A stretch of 47,241 nt of DNA from an uncultured bacterium (GCA_964443545.1 CAYUCV010000010.1:1-47241); one strand, 5' to 3'. Counted from the stretch's first letter, positions 26,426 to 35,648 are shown. Program-made: numbers and translations. Notes: generated from the letters alone by a model not told the origin.

Positions 26426-26959
26426 TCAAACGCTCATCCTTTCCATTTTTTCGGCAAGGGTCTTAAGGAGAGCCTCGTCCAGTTTTTCCGCTATGGGCGG
26501 TTTTTTGAGCGCTCTCATAAGGCTCTCCATTTCTCTCCTGCGCTCCGGCATCAGGGACAGAACCTCGGCCGAGGCCACTGCCGGCATCAGGGACAGCACA
26601 TAGGCGCAGACCGGAGTTCTCTCAGAGGACAGGGCCATTGCGAGCTTTTTTGGGTGCGAGTACAAAACCTGGTCCGGAACGCTATTGCTAGCCTGGGGCG
26701 CTTCCGCTGCTGTCCCTGCCAAGTCCTCCGGCAGGGAGGTGATCCTCTCCTCAGAAGAGCCTTGCGGCAGTGCAACAAAGCCGGCAAATTCGTCCAGCAC
26801 GGTCTTGATAGCATCAGAAGAAGGCGTCGGAAGCCTGTTGATGCCTCCGGTGATAAGATCTGCCAGGTCTTCCGGAAGAAAGGACAGGATCCTTTCTGCC
26901 AGCTCAGAACCCAGCAAAGACAGCAGGATCGTTGCTTTTTCCCTTCCGCTTAACGGCAT
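26426..26959 (-). CDS. fliG: Truncated FliG-like rotor protein (N-terminal and middle domains only, 177 aa)
   Basis: Start placed at ATG 26959 (MPLSGREKATILLSLLGSELAERIL), 7 nt after the fliF stop. YSHPKKLAMAL...LSLMPERRREMESLMRAL matches the EHPQ/ARM_M segment. The ORF ends 4 nt before fliH. Confidence 0.75.
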   Translation of the reverse strand: MPLSGREKATILLSLLGSELAERILSFLPEDLADLITGGINRLPTPSSDAIKTVLDEFAGFVALPQGSSEERITSLPEDLAGTAAEAPQASNSVPDQVLYSHPKKLAMALSSERTPVCAYVLSLMPAVASAEVLSLMPERRREMESLMRALKKPPIAEKLDEALLKTLAEKMERMSV

Positions 26960-26966
26960 GATAATT

Positions 26967-28541
26967 TCACTTTTCCTTTTCCTCGGATAGCCATTTCTTA
27001 AGCAGTTCCGCAACCCTGTCCGGTGATTGTCCGACCATGTCCTTCATCTGCTCAATGGCGCCTCCGCCTGCAGTCTGACGCCTATCCTCTCCCCTTTTTA
27101 TTTCAACAGCCTTTTTCTTTCTTCCCGCAATAAGTCTTGATAAAACGAACAGCACAAAAAGCAGGACAACGCCTCCGCCCGCCCAGGTCAGCGGCTGCCT
27201 GTACCTGCTAAAAGTTTTGATAGCGCTTAGCAACGGGTCCCTGTCCGAAGAAAAAGCCTTGGGATCTATGGTCCCCTGCGAAAACTCGGTGGCATAATGG
27301 AACGGCACCTTTCTTAGGATTATCCTGTCCCCTCTCTTCCTGTTGTAAGGAAGAGCCCCCGCTATTGTTTCAAAAGTTGTCTTTTTAAGCGCCGCGGTCA
27401 GATTGAACCTGTTGTCGACAAGAACGATAACGGTTAGCCTCTTTACCGGAGCTGCTTTTACCTGCGATGGCTTTGGAACTGCACTTATTTTGGCCGGCAG
27501 TTGCTTTGCCGCTTTAGGCTTTTTTGCGGATGGTTTGGCTGCCGGCAGGTTTTTTGCCGCAGACCCGTATTCAACATTCACCTTTATCAGTATGCTGTTG
27601 GGAGGATAGAAATTGTTGACAAGGGTCTGCACCTTGCTGGACAGTTCATTCTCATAGGCCTCTTTCTGCTTAAGAGTTTCCATCTCGGCCGGCTTCACAA
27701 AGGGGACCGCTTTAGGAACAACAGGCACAGAGGCCACTTCTTTGGTAATAACAGGAACAACCTCGGACGCCTGAGACATAGGCTGTGCCTCCTGGCTTGG
27801 CGCTTCAAAAGGAGCAACAGCTTCGGTTGTTCTGGGCAGATAGATCTCCATTGGGGTTGTCCGCATCTCGGCCGGTCTTTCTGTAACTGCGGTCTTTGGC
27901 CCGCTCAAAATATTCCCGTAGATATCCACTATAATGACATTTTCCGGACGCAGATTTTCTACGCTGCCGGCCACCAGATGCACGATGCCGCTTATCTGTT
28001 CCTGGGAAAGAACCCTTCCGGGCTTTAGTTGAAGCAGTACCGAGGCAGTTACAGGAGCTTTTGTAACCTCAAACAACTCTGTCTTGGGTATTACTATCTG
28101 GATCCTGGCATCCTCCACCGCATCCACCCTGCTTATCGTGCGCGCAAGTTCTCCCGAGATAGCCCTGACGAACTGGACCCTCCTGTCAAAATCGGTAGTG
28201 CCCAGCTTGGACTGGTCAAAGATCTCCCAGCCCACCACTCCTCCCGAAGGTATGCTTTTTTCCGCCAGACCCAGCCTTGCCTCATCGGCTTTGCCCTTGG
28301 GTACTGCGATAGATCTTCCTTTATCCCTTATCTGGTAAGGTATCTTGAGAGCTTTAAGCTGCGTCACAACATTGGCGGCATCCTTAAGATCAAGGTTGGA
28401 ATAGACCACCGTATAGCCGGCATTGGGGTCCTTGGGGGCGCAGGATCGCACGGCAAGCACTGTTATGATTATGACGAACACAAGTCCCACCGATATAAAG
28501 ATCGGCAGCTGCCTGTTGTCCCTTAGAGATGTTTCCCCCAT
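26967..28541 (-). CDS. fliF: Flagellar MS-ring protein FliF
   Basis: N-terminal TM helix, then YTVVYSNLDLKDAANVVTQLKALKIPYQI...GGVVGWEIFD...FVRAISGELARTI. A second TM helix lies near the C-terminus. 524 aa. Confidence 0.93.
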   Translation of the reverse strand: MGETSLRDNRQLPIFISVGLVFVIIITVLAVRSCAPKDPNAGYTVVYSNLDLKDAANVVTQLKALKIPYQIRDKGRSIAVPKGKADEARLGLAEKSIPSGGVVGWEIFDQSKLGTTDFDRRVQFVRAISGELARTISRVDAVEDARIQIVIPKTELFEVTKAPVTASVLLQLKPGRVLSQEQISGIVHLVAGSVENLRPENVIIVDIYGNILSGPKTAVTERPAEMRTTPMEIYLPRTTEAVAPFEAPSQEAQPMSQASEVVPVITKEVASVPVVPKAVPFVKPAEMETLKQKEAYENELSSKVQTLVNNFYPPNSILIKVNVEYGSAAKNLPAAKPSAKKPKAAKQLPAKISAVPKPSQVKAAPVKRLTVIVLVDNRFNLTAALKKTTFETIAGALPYNRKRGDRIILRKVPFHYATEFSQGTIDPKAFSSDRDPLLSAIKTFSRYRQPLTWAGGGVVLLFVLFVLSRLIAGRKKKAVEIKRGEDRRQTAGGGAIEQMKDMVGQSPDRVAELLKKWLSEEKEK

Positions 28542-28554
28542 TTACTCCTCCGTA

Positions 28555-28902
28555 TTAGATCTGCATCTGTGTTATTTCTTTAAAAGTATTGACAGCCGAG
28601 GTCACCGTGGTCACCGCCAGCTGGACCGCGATGTTCATCTTTGCGGTAGCCACCATCACCTCGGAAACATCCATATCCCCTCTGACATAACTTTCCATGG
28701 CCTGATTAGCGGCTGCTTCTGTCTTGCTCACTCCTTCCAGAGCGTCCACCGCCCTGCTCAGCATATCGTCAAAGATAGAAGAAGAGGTCTTAATTTCTTG
28801 ATTGCCGGCGGGGCCTTTGGCCGGCTCAGCGGCAGAAGAACCCTCCGTTCCCATTATCTGGGCCATCAGTTCGGGACTTATCCTTCCTACCGGTTCTGCC
28901 AT
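28555..28902 (-). CDS. fliE: Flagellar hook-basal body complex protein FliE
   Basis: FDDMLSRAVDALEGVSKTEAAANQAMESYVRGDMDVSEVMVATAKMNIAVQLAVTTVTSAVNTFKEI is a typical FliE C-terminus. 115 aa. Confidence 0.9.
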   Translation of the reverse strand: MAEPVGRISPELMAQIMGTEGSSAAEPAKGPAGNQEIKTSSSIFDDMLSRAVDALEGVSKTEAAANQAMESYVRGDMDVSEVMVATAKMNIAVQLAVTTVTSAVNTFKEITQMQI

Positions 28903-28915
28903 CTTTTTTTACTCC

Positions 28916-29353
28916 TTATTGGATCTGCAGGGCATCCTGCCCCATTTTTTTTGCCGCGTTAAAGACGGTAATGTTGGCTTCATACAATTTGCTGGAATAG
29001 ATAAGGTCCGTCATCTCCGTTGCAAGGCTTACATTGGGAAGCGACACATAACCGTTGACATCGGCGTCAGGGTGCCCCGGGTTATAGACCTTTTGCATGG
29101 GCGAAGCCAGGTCGTCAACGACCTTGACCGAAACTCCCCCGGCTTTACCCGCAAGCTTACTCTGTGCCCTTGAAAGCTGGCTTTCAAAAGAGAGCGGGGT
29201 TTCCGAATACACCGCGACTTTTCTTTTATAGACGCCGCCGTCCTGGGTCCTGGTCGCATTTATATTGGCCATGTTGCTTGCTATCAGCTCCATGTGGGTT
29301 TTTTCCGCCAGTATGCCGCTGACAGAAATGTCCATAGCGCGGTTAATGCTCAT
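28916..29353 (-). CDS. flgC: Flagellar basal-body rod protein FlgC
   Basis: MDISVSGILAEKTHMELIASNMANINATRT...PGHPDADVNGYVSLPNV. 145 aa. Confidence 0.93.
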   Translation of the reverse strand: MSINRAMDISVSGILAEKTHMELIASNMANINATRTQDGGVYKRKVAVYSETPLSFESQLSRAQSKLAGKAGGVSVKVVDDLASPMQKVYNPGHPDADVNGYVSLPNVSLATEMTDLIYSSKLYEANITVFNAAKKMGQDALQIQ

Positions 29354-29356
29354 TTA

Positions 29357-29650
29357 TCACTTTCTCCCCTGGGTGACCACTGACCTAAGCACTGCCAGTT
29401 TTGCCGTCAGCATTTTGGAAAAGGCCGAATACCTGGCATTGTTCTTTGCCATGTCAGCCATCTCTTCCTCTATGCTGACATCCCTTTTTTCCAGGCGTTT
29501 TACCGCCTTGTCCAGTGTTTCGTCAAACTTCAGGGCTTCATAGCCTGGGGTCTTCGCGTTGGAAATGTTCTGGGCAACGACTTCCTGGATCTTGGAAGAA
29601 TTGGCCATCGCCTTTTCAAGGCTGCCGAAAGTCGGGTCAAAGATCTCCAC
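29357..29650 (-). CDS. flgB: Flagellar basal-body rod protein FlgB (short, 97 aa)
   Basis: VAQNISNAKTPGYEALKFDE near the N-terminus and NNARYSAFSKMLTAKLAVLRSV at the C-terminus. Sits directly upstream of flgC. Confidence 0.85.
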   Translation of the reverse strand: MEIFDPTFGSLEKAMANSSKIQEVVAQNISNAKTPGYEALKFDETLDKAVKRLEKRDVSIEEEMADMAKNNARYSAFSKMLTAKLAVLRSVVTQGRK

Positions 29651-29661
29651 TTCTTCCTCCT

Positions 29662-30414
29662 CTATTTCAGTTTCTCTCTCAGCTTATAGATCGCCCGTGC
29701 TATCACGCGGTTCACCTTGCTGCGCGACAGCTTAAGGTCTTTTGCTATGTCCTTCTGATTAACTCCCTTTCGGTAGAACAGCTTGAGTATCTTTTTTTCC
29801 ATGCCGGGCAGCTCTTCGATCGCTGCATTCAGCCTGTTCTGCAGGTCTTTCCATTCAAGCTCGTCCACCGGAGTTGTTTCGCCTGAAACCTGTATCTCGG
29901 ACCCGTCAAGCACCTGGTCAAGGGAAACAAGGTACATAAGGGCTGAGGCCGATACTATCCTTTTTATTTTTGAGACCGCGGTCTTGAACTCTTCTTCCGT
30001 CAGTTTTTTCTTCTCGAGCATCTTGACCTCTTTGGCTGAGAGGCCTTCCAGCTCGGCGCTCTTTTTTACAACAGCGCTGTACCCTTTTTTGGCGAGGTCC
30101 CGTATCATAACCTGGATCCTATAGGGGACGGGATTATAATATTTAAGTCCGTCAAGTATCTCTCCCCGGACCCTGTAAGATGCGTATGTCTCAAATTTCA
30201 CGCCCCTCTTGGGGTCAAAATTGTCCCAGGCTTTCATAAGGCCGATCATTCCGTCGCTTACCAAGTCGTTAAAATCAATGTTGGGGGGGAGTCCTTTTCC
30301 GGCTATCATCGCAGCAATGGAATGAACCAGAGGGACATAGACCTCAAGCGCCCCGGCCGTTCTGACCACCTGAGGCTGTTCCTTTTTTTTGGGCTTGGCT
30401 ATTTGTTTTGCCAT
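29662..30414 (-). CDS. fliA: Sigma-28 type (FliA/WhiG family) RNA polymerase sigma factor
   Basis: Region 2 DLVSDGMIGLMKAWDNFDPKRGVKFETYASYRVRGEILD and a region 4 HTH (QKDIAKDLKLSRSKVNRVIARAIYKLR). Embedded among flagellar genes. Confidence 0.85.
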   Translation of the reverse strand: MAKQIAKPKKKEQPQVVRTAGALEVYVPLVHSIAAMIAGKGLPPNIDFNDLVSDGMIGLMKAWDNFDPKRGVKFETYASYRVRGEILDGLKYYNPVPYRIQVMIRDLAKKGYSAVVKKSAELEGLSAKEVKMLEKKKLTEEEFKTAVSKIKRIVSASALMYLVSLDQVLDGSEIQVSGETTPVDELEWKDLQNRLNAAIEELPGMEKKILKLFYRKGVNQKDIAKDLKLSRSKVNRVIARAIYKLREKLK

Positions 30415-30419
30415 CCTTA

Positions 30420-30740
30420 TCAGAACATCCCTTCGGCGCTGCGCGCATCGGCCATTCTTTTTGCAACAGTTTCATTTATAAGTTCGTTAAAGCCGAACGC
30501 GTCGTCTGCGGCAAGCTGTTTTACCATCTGGCTGGTAAAGATCTCCGAATAAGAAGGGGACATGTCCGTGGAGCCCCAAAGGTCCGTTCCCTGGTCCTTA
30601 AAAGCCTGGGAAAACAGGTGCTGAAGAAAAACAGAAGAGAACTCTTTTGCCGCCGTCTGCCTGTCCAAAGACGGGCTCTGCAGCATTTCTGCCGCGCGAA
30701 ATCCGGCCATGGGATCTATTGACGGGATATATGTGCTCAT
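30420..30740 (-). CDS. flgJ: Rod-binding protein (FlgJ N-terminal domain only, no muramidase domain)
   Basis: 106 aa. AAKEFSSVFLQHLFSQAFK...IFTSQMVKQLAADDAFGFNELI matches the Rod-binding family pattern. Located immediately after flgI. Confidence 0.75.
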   Translation of the reverse strand: MSTYIPSIDPMAGFRAAEMLQSPSLDRQTAAKEFSSVFLQHLFSQAFKDQGTDLWGSTDMSPSYSEIFTSQMVKQLAADDAFGFNELINETVAKRMADARSAEGMF

Positions 30741-31943
30741 TTATATGACCTCTATCTCGGCGTTAAGCGCGCCTGAAGTTTTTATGGCCTGAAGTATGGC
30801 TATAAGGTCCCTCGGGGCGGCCCCTAGGCTGTTGAGAGCCTTGATAAGGTCATTAAGGCTTGAGCCGGAAGAGACCGCCGATAATTTTTTGATGTTCTCC
30901 TTAACCCTCAGGCTCGCGGTCGAAATATCCGAGCCTCCCAAGCCTTCGGAGGCAACAGTGACATTGCCTATCTGCACCGTAAAATTGCCGTAGGATACAG
31001 CCACCGGCGCTATCCTGATATTTTCTCCTATAACAACGGTCCCGGTCCGCTCGTTGACCACGATCTTTGCCTTAACATCCGGGACCACTCTGAGATTTTC
31101 TATTGTGGAGAGGAGAGACACCACATCCGTACCGGGCTCAACTATCACCATTACAGCAGAAGCATCGGCAGACCTGGCGTCGTAGCCTTTTTTGGCTATC
31201 GTATATGCCACTCTTGAGGCAGTGGTAAAATCCGGTTCGTTCAAGAGCACCGTAAGAGTAGAAAGGGTGCCGGAACCTTTGTATTTTGTTCCCTCCGGAT
31301 ATTCGGAGGACAGGGGTTCTTCAATGCCAACGCGCACTTCTTTCTCAACTATCCCTCCGCCCGGTATCCTTGCAACTGTCGTTACCTCCCTGTTCATCGG
31401 CAAAAGACCTGCGCCTGAAGAAGCTCCCCCCAATGACACGGAACCCTGTGCTAAGGCATACACTACCCCGTCGGGGCCTTGAAGCGGAGTAAGCAGAAGG
31501 GTCCCTCCCCTAAGACTGGTTGCATCCCCCACTGAGGACACCGTCACATCTATCTTCTGTCCGGGTTTCAAAAATGGAGGAAGCGTTGCCGTGACCATGA
31601 CCGCGGCCACATTCCTGGATTTAAATTCCTTGTTCTTGGGTATGTCCGAGTAGTTATAAATTGGATTGGTGTTAGACCTTGAGATCGGACTGGGCGCCTG
31701 AAGCCCCATAGCGCTTAACAGATTGGTAAGGGCCTGTTTTGTGAACTCCGTCTGCTGGCTGTCGCCTGAATGGCGAAGCCCCGCAACAAGACCAAAACCC
31801 ATCAACTGATTATCGCGGGCTTGTTGTATACTTGCAATGTCTTTTATTCTTACCTGCGGGGATGCACCATCGGAAACGGATGATGTAAAGCCAAGCCATA
31901 CCGCTAATGCCACGGACAATAACAAAAGACCACTTCTTTTCAT
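30741..31943 (-). CDS. flgI: Flagellar P-ring protein FlgI
   Basis: Signal peptide, then VRIKDIASIQQARDNQLMGFGLVAGLRHSGDS...LRGGTLLLTPL...INERTGTVV-type motif (VVNERTGTVVIG). Confidence 0.95.
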   Translation of the reverse strand: MKRSGLLLLSVALAVWLGFTSSVSDGASPQVRIKDIASIQQARDNQLMGFGLVAGLRHSGDSQQTEFTKQALTNLLSAMGLQAPSPISRSNTNPIYNYSDIPKNKEFKSRNVAAVMVTATLPPFLKPGQKIDVTVSSVGDATSLRGGTLLLTPLQGPDGVVYALAQGSVSLGGASSGAGLLPMNREVTTVARIPGGGIVEKEVRVGIEEPLSSEYPEGTKYKGSGTLSTLTVLLNEPDFTTASRVAYTIAKKGYDARSADASAVMVIVEPGTDVVSLLSTIENLRVVPDVKAKIVVNERTGTVVIGENIRIAPVAVSYGNFTVQIGNVTVASEGLGGSDISTASLRVKENIKKLSAVSSGSSLNDLIKALNSLGAAPRDLIAILQAIKTSGALNAEIEVI

Positions 31944-31953
31944 GCCGTTCCCC

Positions 31954-32556
31954 CTAAAAGATCATGTCCAGGATCCTGGTTATTACGCCGGGAGATGAAG
32001 CCGTCCCGACGGTGCCGACCCCTTTTACCGAAATATCCGCATCCGCCACCTGGTAAGAGTAGATAGTGTTCCAGCTTGTAATATCTTTGGTCCTGATCAC
32101 GCCTTTCACCACTATGTCCTGTTTTTCTTCGTTCACAGATACTTTGTGGTGCCCCATTATCCTGAGGTTGCCCCCCGGCTCTATGTCAGAGACCTGGGCT
32201 GATACAGCCGCGATCACATTGCTTGACCTTGTTGTTGCTCCGGCACCTTTGTATTTGTTGCCCCAGGCGGCGCTCGCCGAATTATTGGGAGCAATTGTGC
32301 CTGTTATCCTCTCTATAGTATGAGAAAAGCTCGCGCTTAGGTTGTCCTGGTTCTGCGTGTCGGTGCCCGCTTTTTGTACGGCCGAAGTTGTTTCGAGTAT
32401 CAGTATCGTTATTACATCTCCAACCTTGTATATTTTTTGCGTTGAGTAAGGCGATGGGAGGTCCTGCCTGAAAATAGAATCAGCACTGCAGTCAGGCGCA
32501 AAAAAGAACAAAGAGGCGATCAGAAGCAGAAAAAATGCCGGTGTTTGAGGTTTCAT
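31954..32556 (-). CDS. flgH: Flagellar L-ring protein FlgH
   Basis: Signal peptide, then [16 protein letters not shown]...[31 protein letters not shown]. 200 aa. Confidence 0.92.
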   Translation of the reverse strand: MKPQTPAFFLLLIASLFFFAPDCSADSIFRQDLPSPYSTQKIYKVGDVITILILETTSAVQKAGTDTQNQDNLSASFSHTIERITGTIAPNNSASAAWGNKYKGAGATTRSSNVIAAVSAQVSDIEPGGNLRIMGHHKVSVNEEKQDIVVKGVIRTKDITSWNTIYSYQVADADISVKGVGTVGTASSPGVITRILDMIF

Positions 32557-32936
32557 CTCCCTGCTCCTTTCCCGAATCTCATGGTCTTCTTGGCCCTGTT
32601 CTTTGCATCCACCAGCACGACCGTCGGTCGAAAGGATTTTATCTCGTCCTCGCTGACTGAGGCATAAGTTATCAAAATTATTATATCACCTCTTGCCCCA
32701 AGTCTAGCCGCCGCCCCGTTAAGGCACACCACTCCGGACCTCCTTCTGCCTTTCATGACATAGGTTTCAAGACGGCTTCCGTTGTTGACATTTACTATCT
32801 GGACCTTTTCCCCCTCCGTTATGCCCGCCAGGTCCAAAAGCTCCTGGTCCACTGTGATGCTTCCTTCGTAATCCAGTCTTGCCTCGGTGACCGTGAGCCG
32901 GTGTATCTTAGCCCGCATGAGTTGTCTGAATATCAT
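32553..32936 (-). CDS. panD: Aspartate 1-decarboxylase (pyruvoyl-dependent)
   Basis: [39 protein letters not shown]...[11 protein letters not shown]...[10 protein letters not shown] aligns along its full length with E. coli PanD. The Gly-Ser self-cleavage site (G25-S26), Lys10 and Tyr23 are retained. ATGA overlaps occur at both ends. Confidence 0.93.
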   Translation of the reverse strand: MIFRQLMRAKIHRLTVTEARLDYEGSITVDQELLDLAGITEGEKVQIVNVNNGSRLETYVMKGRRRSGVVCLNGAAARLGARGDIIILITYASVSEDEIKSFRPTVVLVDAKNRAKKTMRFGKGAGR

Positions 32937-33634
32937 TGTATCTGCGCCTCCGAAGGCCCTGTTATATAGGCCTCGATCACCTTGTTCGAGGTGGGATTTT
33001 TGAACCTGATCTTCTGCCCTTTATAGCCGTCCTCCAGCGCGGTGCAGGAGACGCCGGCCAAAATATCCCCTCTTACAGAAAACACCGTGACCTCTCTTCC
33101 TTTTACCACATCCGGGGTCTTTCTTGCCATCCATTCCAGAACGAGCGTTCCCTTCGGCATCAGCGTAACAGACTCCTTGCCTTCAACCTTAGCCCTGTCA
33201 AAGATGACGCCTGCCGGAAGATGCGAAATATCTTTTTCGACATAATCCGTGTTCAAGGAAGTAAAGACCTCCCCTTTTCTTATTCTATCCGAAACTGCCA
33301 GAACATTCTTCATTATTCTTATCCTCGACTGCAGATAGACCGTTTCTTTATACTTGCCCTTTTCATATATCTTTAGCGGAAGGACCGCGCTGCCCGAGAG
33401 CTTCTGGTTAGCGGGATATTCGAGTTTTACCGAAAATCCCCCGCCGGTCCTTTTCTGATAACGGTCAAGGGCGCCGGAACTCTTGAGCTCGATCTCTATC
33501 CTCGAATCCTTTAGCCTGGCATCCCTTGCTGTAATACTGTCTTTGACCTGCTGCCTTACAGAATCCTCAAACCCTGCTTCGGCCTGCCCAAGAAGAGCTG
33601 TCAACAGCAAAAGGCAGGCTGCAAATCGCCTCAC
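32933..33634 (-). CDS. flgA: Flagellar P-ring assembly chaperone FlgA
   Basis: Signal peptide, and a C-terminal SAF-type domain ([11 protein letters not shown]...[43 protein letters not shown]). Confidence 0.85.
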   Translation of the reverse strand: MRRFAACLLLLTALLGQAEAGFEDSVRQQVKDSITARDARLKDSRIEIELKSSGALDRYQKRTGGGFSVKLEYPANQKLSGSAVLPLKIYEKGKYKETVYLQSRIRIMKNVLAVSDRIRKGEVFTSLNTDYVEKDISHLPAGVIFDRAKVEGKESVTLMPKGTLVLEWMARKTPDVVKGREVTVFSVRGDILAGVSCTALEDGYKGQKIRFKNPTSNKVIEAYITGPSEAQIQ

Positions 33635-33637
33635 GCT

Positions 33638-34438
33638 TTAACCTTTCATCCTTTCAAGGGTAGTGAGCATTGCCTCATAACTGGAAACCGCCTTTGTCAC
33701 TGTATCAAACACTCTCTGGACCATTATCATCCTCATCATTTCCGAGATAACATCGACATTGGACTGTTCAAGGGCCCCCTGCTGCAGGTAGCCAAAGTTG
33801 TCCTGAGTGGGGTTGCCAAAAATAGGCTCCCCGGAAGAATCCGTCTGAGCGAACAGGTTTTGCCCTATGCTCTTAAGTCCGGGAGCATTTGGGAATTTCG
33901 CAAGGACAAGCTGCCCTATTTCCGTGGCTTCCGAAGAATCATTTATGTAGACCAGGACCGTTCCGTCCTGCTTAACGAGCACAGAAGTAGTCCCCTCGGG
34001 TATCGTTATCGGAGGATCCATCATTCTTCCGTTGGGGTCCACAACATTGCCTTCATTGTCTATGTGGAAGTTGCCCGCCCTTGTATAGGCCGGAGTGCCG
34101 TCGGCAAGGGTCAGCTGAAAAAATCCTTCGCCCTGTATGGCCAGGTCCATGGGCTGATTGGTGGTCTCTATTGTGCCCTGCATAAAATCCTTGCGGGTAG
34201 AGGTCACTCTTACGCCCGTTCCGTATTCCAGTGAATCGGACGAAAGGCCGTTGGCCTTTTTTACCGCTTCGGCAAGCTTGGAATCAAAGGTCTTTTCCAC
34301 GTAAAGCAGGCTTTCTTTTTCGGTCCTGCCCTTTTTAAAAGCCACGGTCTTAGCATTTGCCAGATTGTTGGAGATGTCTATCATCTCGTCCTGGAAAGTG
34401 TTGAGCCCCGTTGCGGCCACATAAAGCGGTTGGAACAT
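33638..34438 (-). CDS. flgG: Flagellar distal rod protein FlgG
   Basis: MFQPLYVAATGLNTFQDEMIDISNNLANAKTVAFKK ... LEQSNVDVISEMMRMIMVQRVFD. 266 aa. Confidence 0.93.
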   Translation of the reverse strand: MFQPLYVAATGLNTFQDEMIDISNNLANAKTVAFKKGRTEKESLLYVEKTFDSKLAEAVKKANGLSSDSLEYGTGVRVTSTRKDFMQGTIETTNQPMDLAIQGEGFFQLTLADGTPAYTRAGNFHIDNEGNVVDPNGRMMDPPITIPEGTTSVLVKQDGTVLVYINDSSEATEIGQLVLAKFPNAPGLKSIGQNLFAQTDSSGEPIFGNPTQDNFGYLQQGALEQSNVDVISEMMRMIMVQRVFDTVTKAVSSYEAMLTTLERMKG

Positions 34439-34460
34439 GATCGCTACCTCCTTTTATGAC

Positions 34461-35210
34461 TCATTGGGCGGGACGCCCCATCTCAAGGGACCTGGAAAGA
34501 GCAGCATCCCTTGTTTGTATTATCTTGGCGTCAAAACCGTAAACCCTCTGCAAAAAGATCATCTGCATCATCTCGTCCATGATGTTGACATTGGAAGCCT
34601 CAATATAACCCTGCAGCACCCTCGGATTCTCGTTCACCGAATAGACAAGGGAGCCGCTCTCCGGAACTTTGAAGACCACATTGTTCACGGATTCCAGTTT
34701 GGACGGATCCTCAAAAACCACTATTTTAATGGCATCGATCTTGGCCCCGTCGGACATAATATCGCCGTTCTGCATTATCTCTATTGACGAGCCAGGGACC
34801 ACCGCGATGGAGCCACCCTGACCCAGCACAGGATTCTTGCCGGATATCGACTTTAGCACGCCGTTCTCATCCAGGGTGAACCTGCCATCCCTGGTATACA
34901 GCTCTCCGGAAGCTCCTTCGAGAGCAAAGTATCCATCTCCCACCACCGCAAGGTCTGTTGGAGAGCCTGTACGCAGAAGCGCCCCGTGGGTCTTGTCCTG
35001 CTGGACGCTTTTTACTTCTGGGACCATTGCCTGGGTGCCTCCGGCCTTGTTCTGGGCTTTCTGCAGCATAACCGGAAAAGAATTTACCTGCACCTGGCTC
35101 TTTTTAAAGCCCGGGGTCTGGGCATTGACTATGTTATTCATCATCGCCTTGACATTCTGGTCCGTTGTATCAAGGCCTCTTCTTCCTATTTCCAAGATCC
35201 TGTCGGTCAT
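34461..35210 (-). CDS. flgF: Flagellar proximal rod protein FlgF (FlgG paralogue)
   Basis: GLDTTDQNVKAMMNNIVNAQTPGFKK ... IEASNVNIMDEMMQMIFLQRVYG. 249 aa, first gene after a 117-nt gap, with GGAGA SD. Confidence 0.8.
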   Translation of the reverse strand: MTDRILEIGRRGLDTTDQNVKAMMNNIVNAQTPGFKKSQVQVNSFPVMLQKAQNKAGGTQAMVPEVKSVQQDKTHGALLRTGSPTDLAVVGDGYFALEGASGELYTRDGRFTLDENGVLKSISGKNPVLGQGGSIAVVPGSSIEIMQNGDIMSDGAKIDAIKIVVFEDPSKLESVNNVVFKVPESGSLVYSVNENPRVLQGYIEASNVNIMDEMMQMIFLQRVYGFDAKIIQTRDAALSRSLEMGRPAQ

Positions 35211-35249
35211 TTATAGTCTCCAGCTTCTCAGCTATATATATTTTTATAT

Positions 35250-35321
35250 ATTATACACAAGGGGCAAAAAAAAGCAAGAAATATCTGCCTGAATTATAGC
35301 ACGGGGGGGAAAGATAGCAAG
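35250..35321 (-). promoter_or_regulatory. Two tandem sigma70-like promoters upstream of flgF
   Basis: Minus strand: TTGCTA-16 nt-TATAAT with TGc extended -10 (hexamer 35298..35293), and TTGCTT-16 nt-TATAAT (hexamer 35255..35250). Both -35 regions read cTTGCT. They are followed by an AT-rich (TA)n stretch, then GGAGA and the ATG at 35210. Confidence 0.35.
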
Positions 35322-35327
35322 GAAAGA

Positions 35328-35648
35328 TTATTTCCGGCTGTCTTTTCTTATCTTCTTGAACAGTTTTTCTTTTTTAGCGGCCATCCGGTCGAGCTGGTAG
35401 ACAAAGAACAGCACTTCGGCCACGAGAACATAGAGTTCGGGAGGCACCGGCATGTCGATCTGGAGTTTTGAAAGCATTGATGCGAGGCCGGCATTTTCGT
35501 GCAGCGGGATCTTGTTCTCTTCCGCTATCCTGAGTATCTCGTCGGCAACAACCCCCTTGCCCGAAGCCACTATCAGAGGGGCCGAATCCTTGTCCATCTC
35601 GTATCGGATGGCTATAGCCGTCTTTTTTTTGTTATCTTCTTCCGCCAT
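35328..35648 (-). CDS. FlhB C-terminal-domain-like protein (EscU/YscU/HrcU family, stand-alone)
   Basis: AIAIRYEMDKDSAPLIVASGKGVVADEILRIAEENKIPLHENAGLASML...PPELYVLVAEVLFFVYQL matches the post-NPTH part of FlhB. 106 aa. Confidence 0.8.
   Translation of the reverse strand: MAEEDNKKKTAIAIRYEMDKDSAPLIVASGKGVVADEILRIAEENKIPLHENAGLASMLSKLQIDMPVPPELYVLVAEVLFFVYQLDRMAAKKEKLFKKIRKDSRK

Noticed and set aside
26960-27013. Upstream ATG for fliG at 27013, overlapping fliF by 47 nt
   Set aside because: The extra residues (MRNCLRNGYPRKRKSEII) are the fliF 3' end read in another frame. The conserved FliG N-terminus begins at MPLSGREK (ATG 26959), preceded by a GAGGAAAAGGA purine tract.
35211-35327. Sigma54 (GG-N10-GC) or sigma28 promoter upstream of flgF
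   Set aside because: The aGGCAG...cTTGCt spacing is two nucleotides too long for a -24/-12 promoter. No GCCGATAA-like -10 is present in the gap. GCCGATAA/GCCGATAT strings at about 14222, 20340 and 44745 lie inside coding regions without a correctly spaced TAAA.
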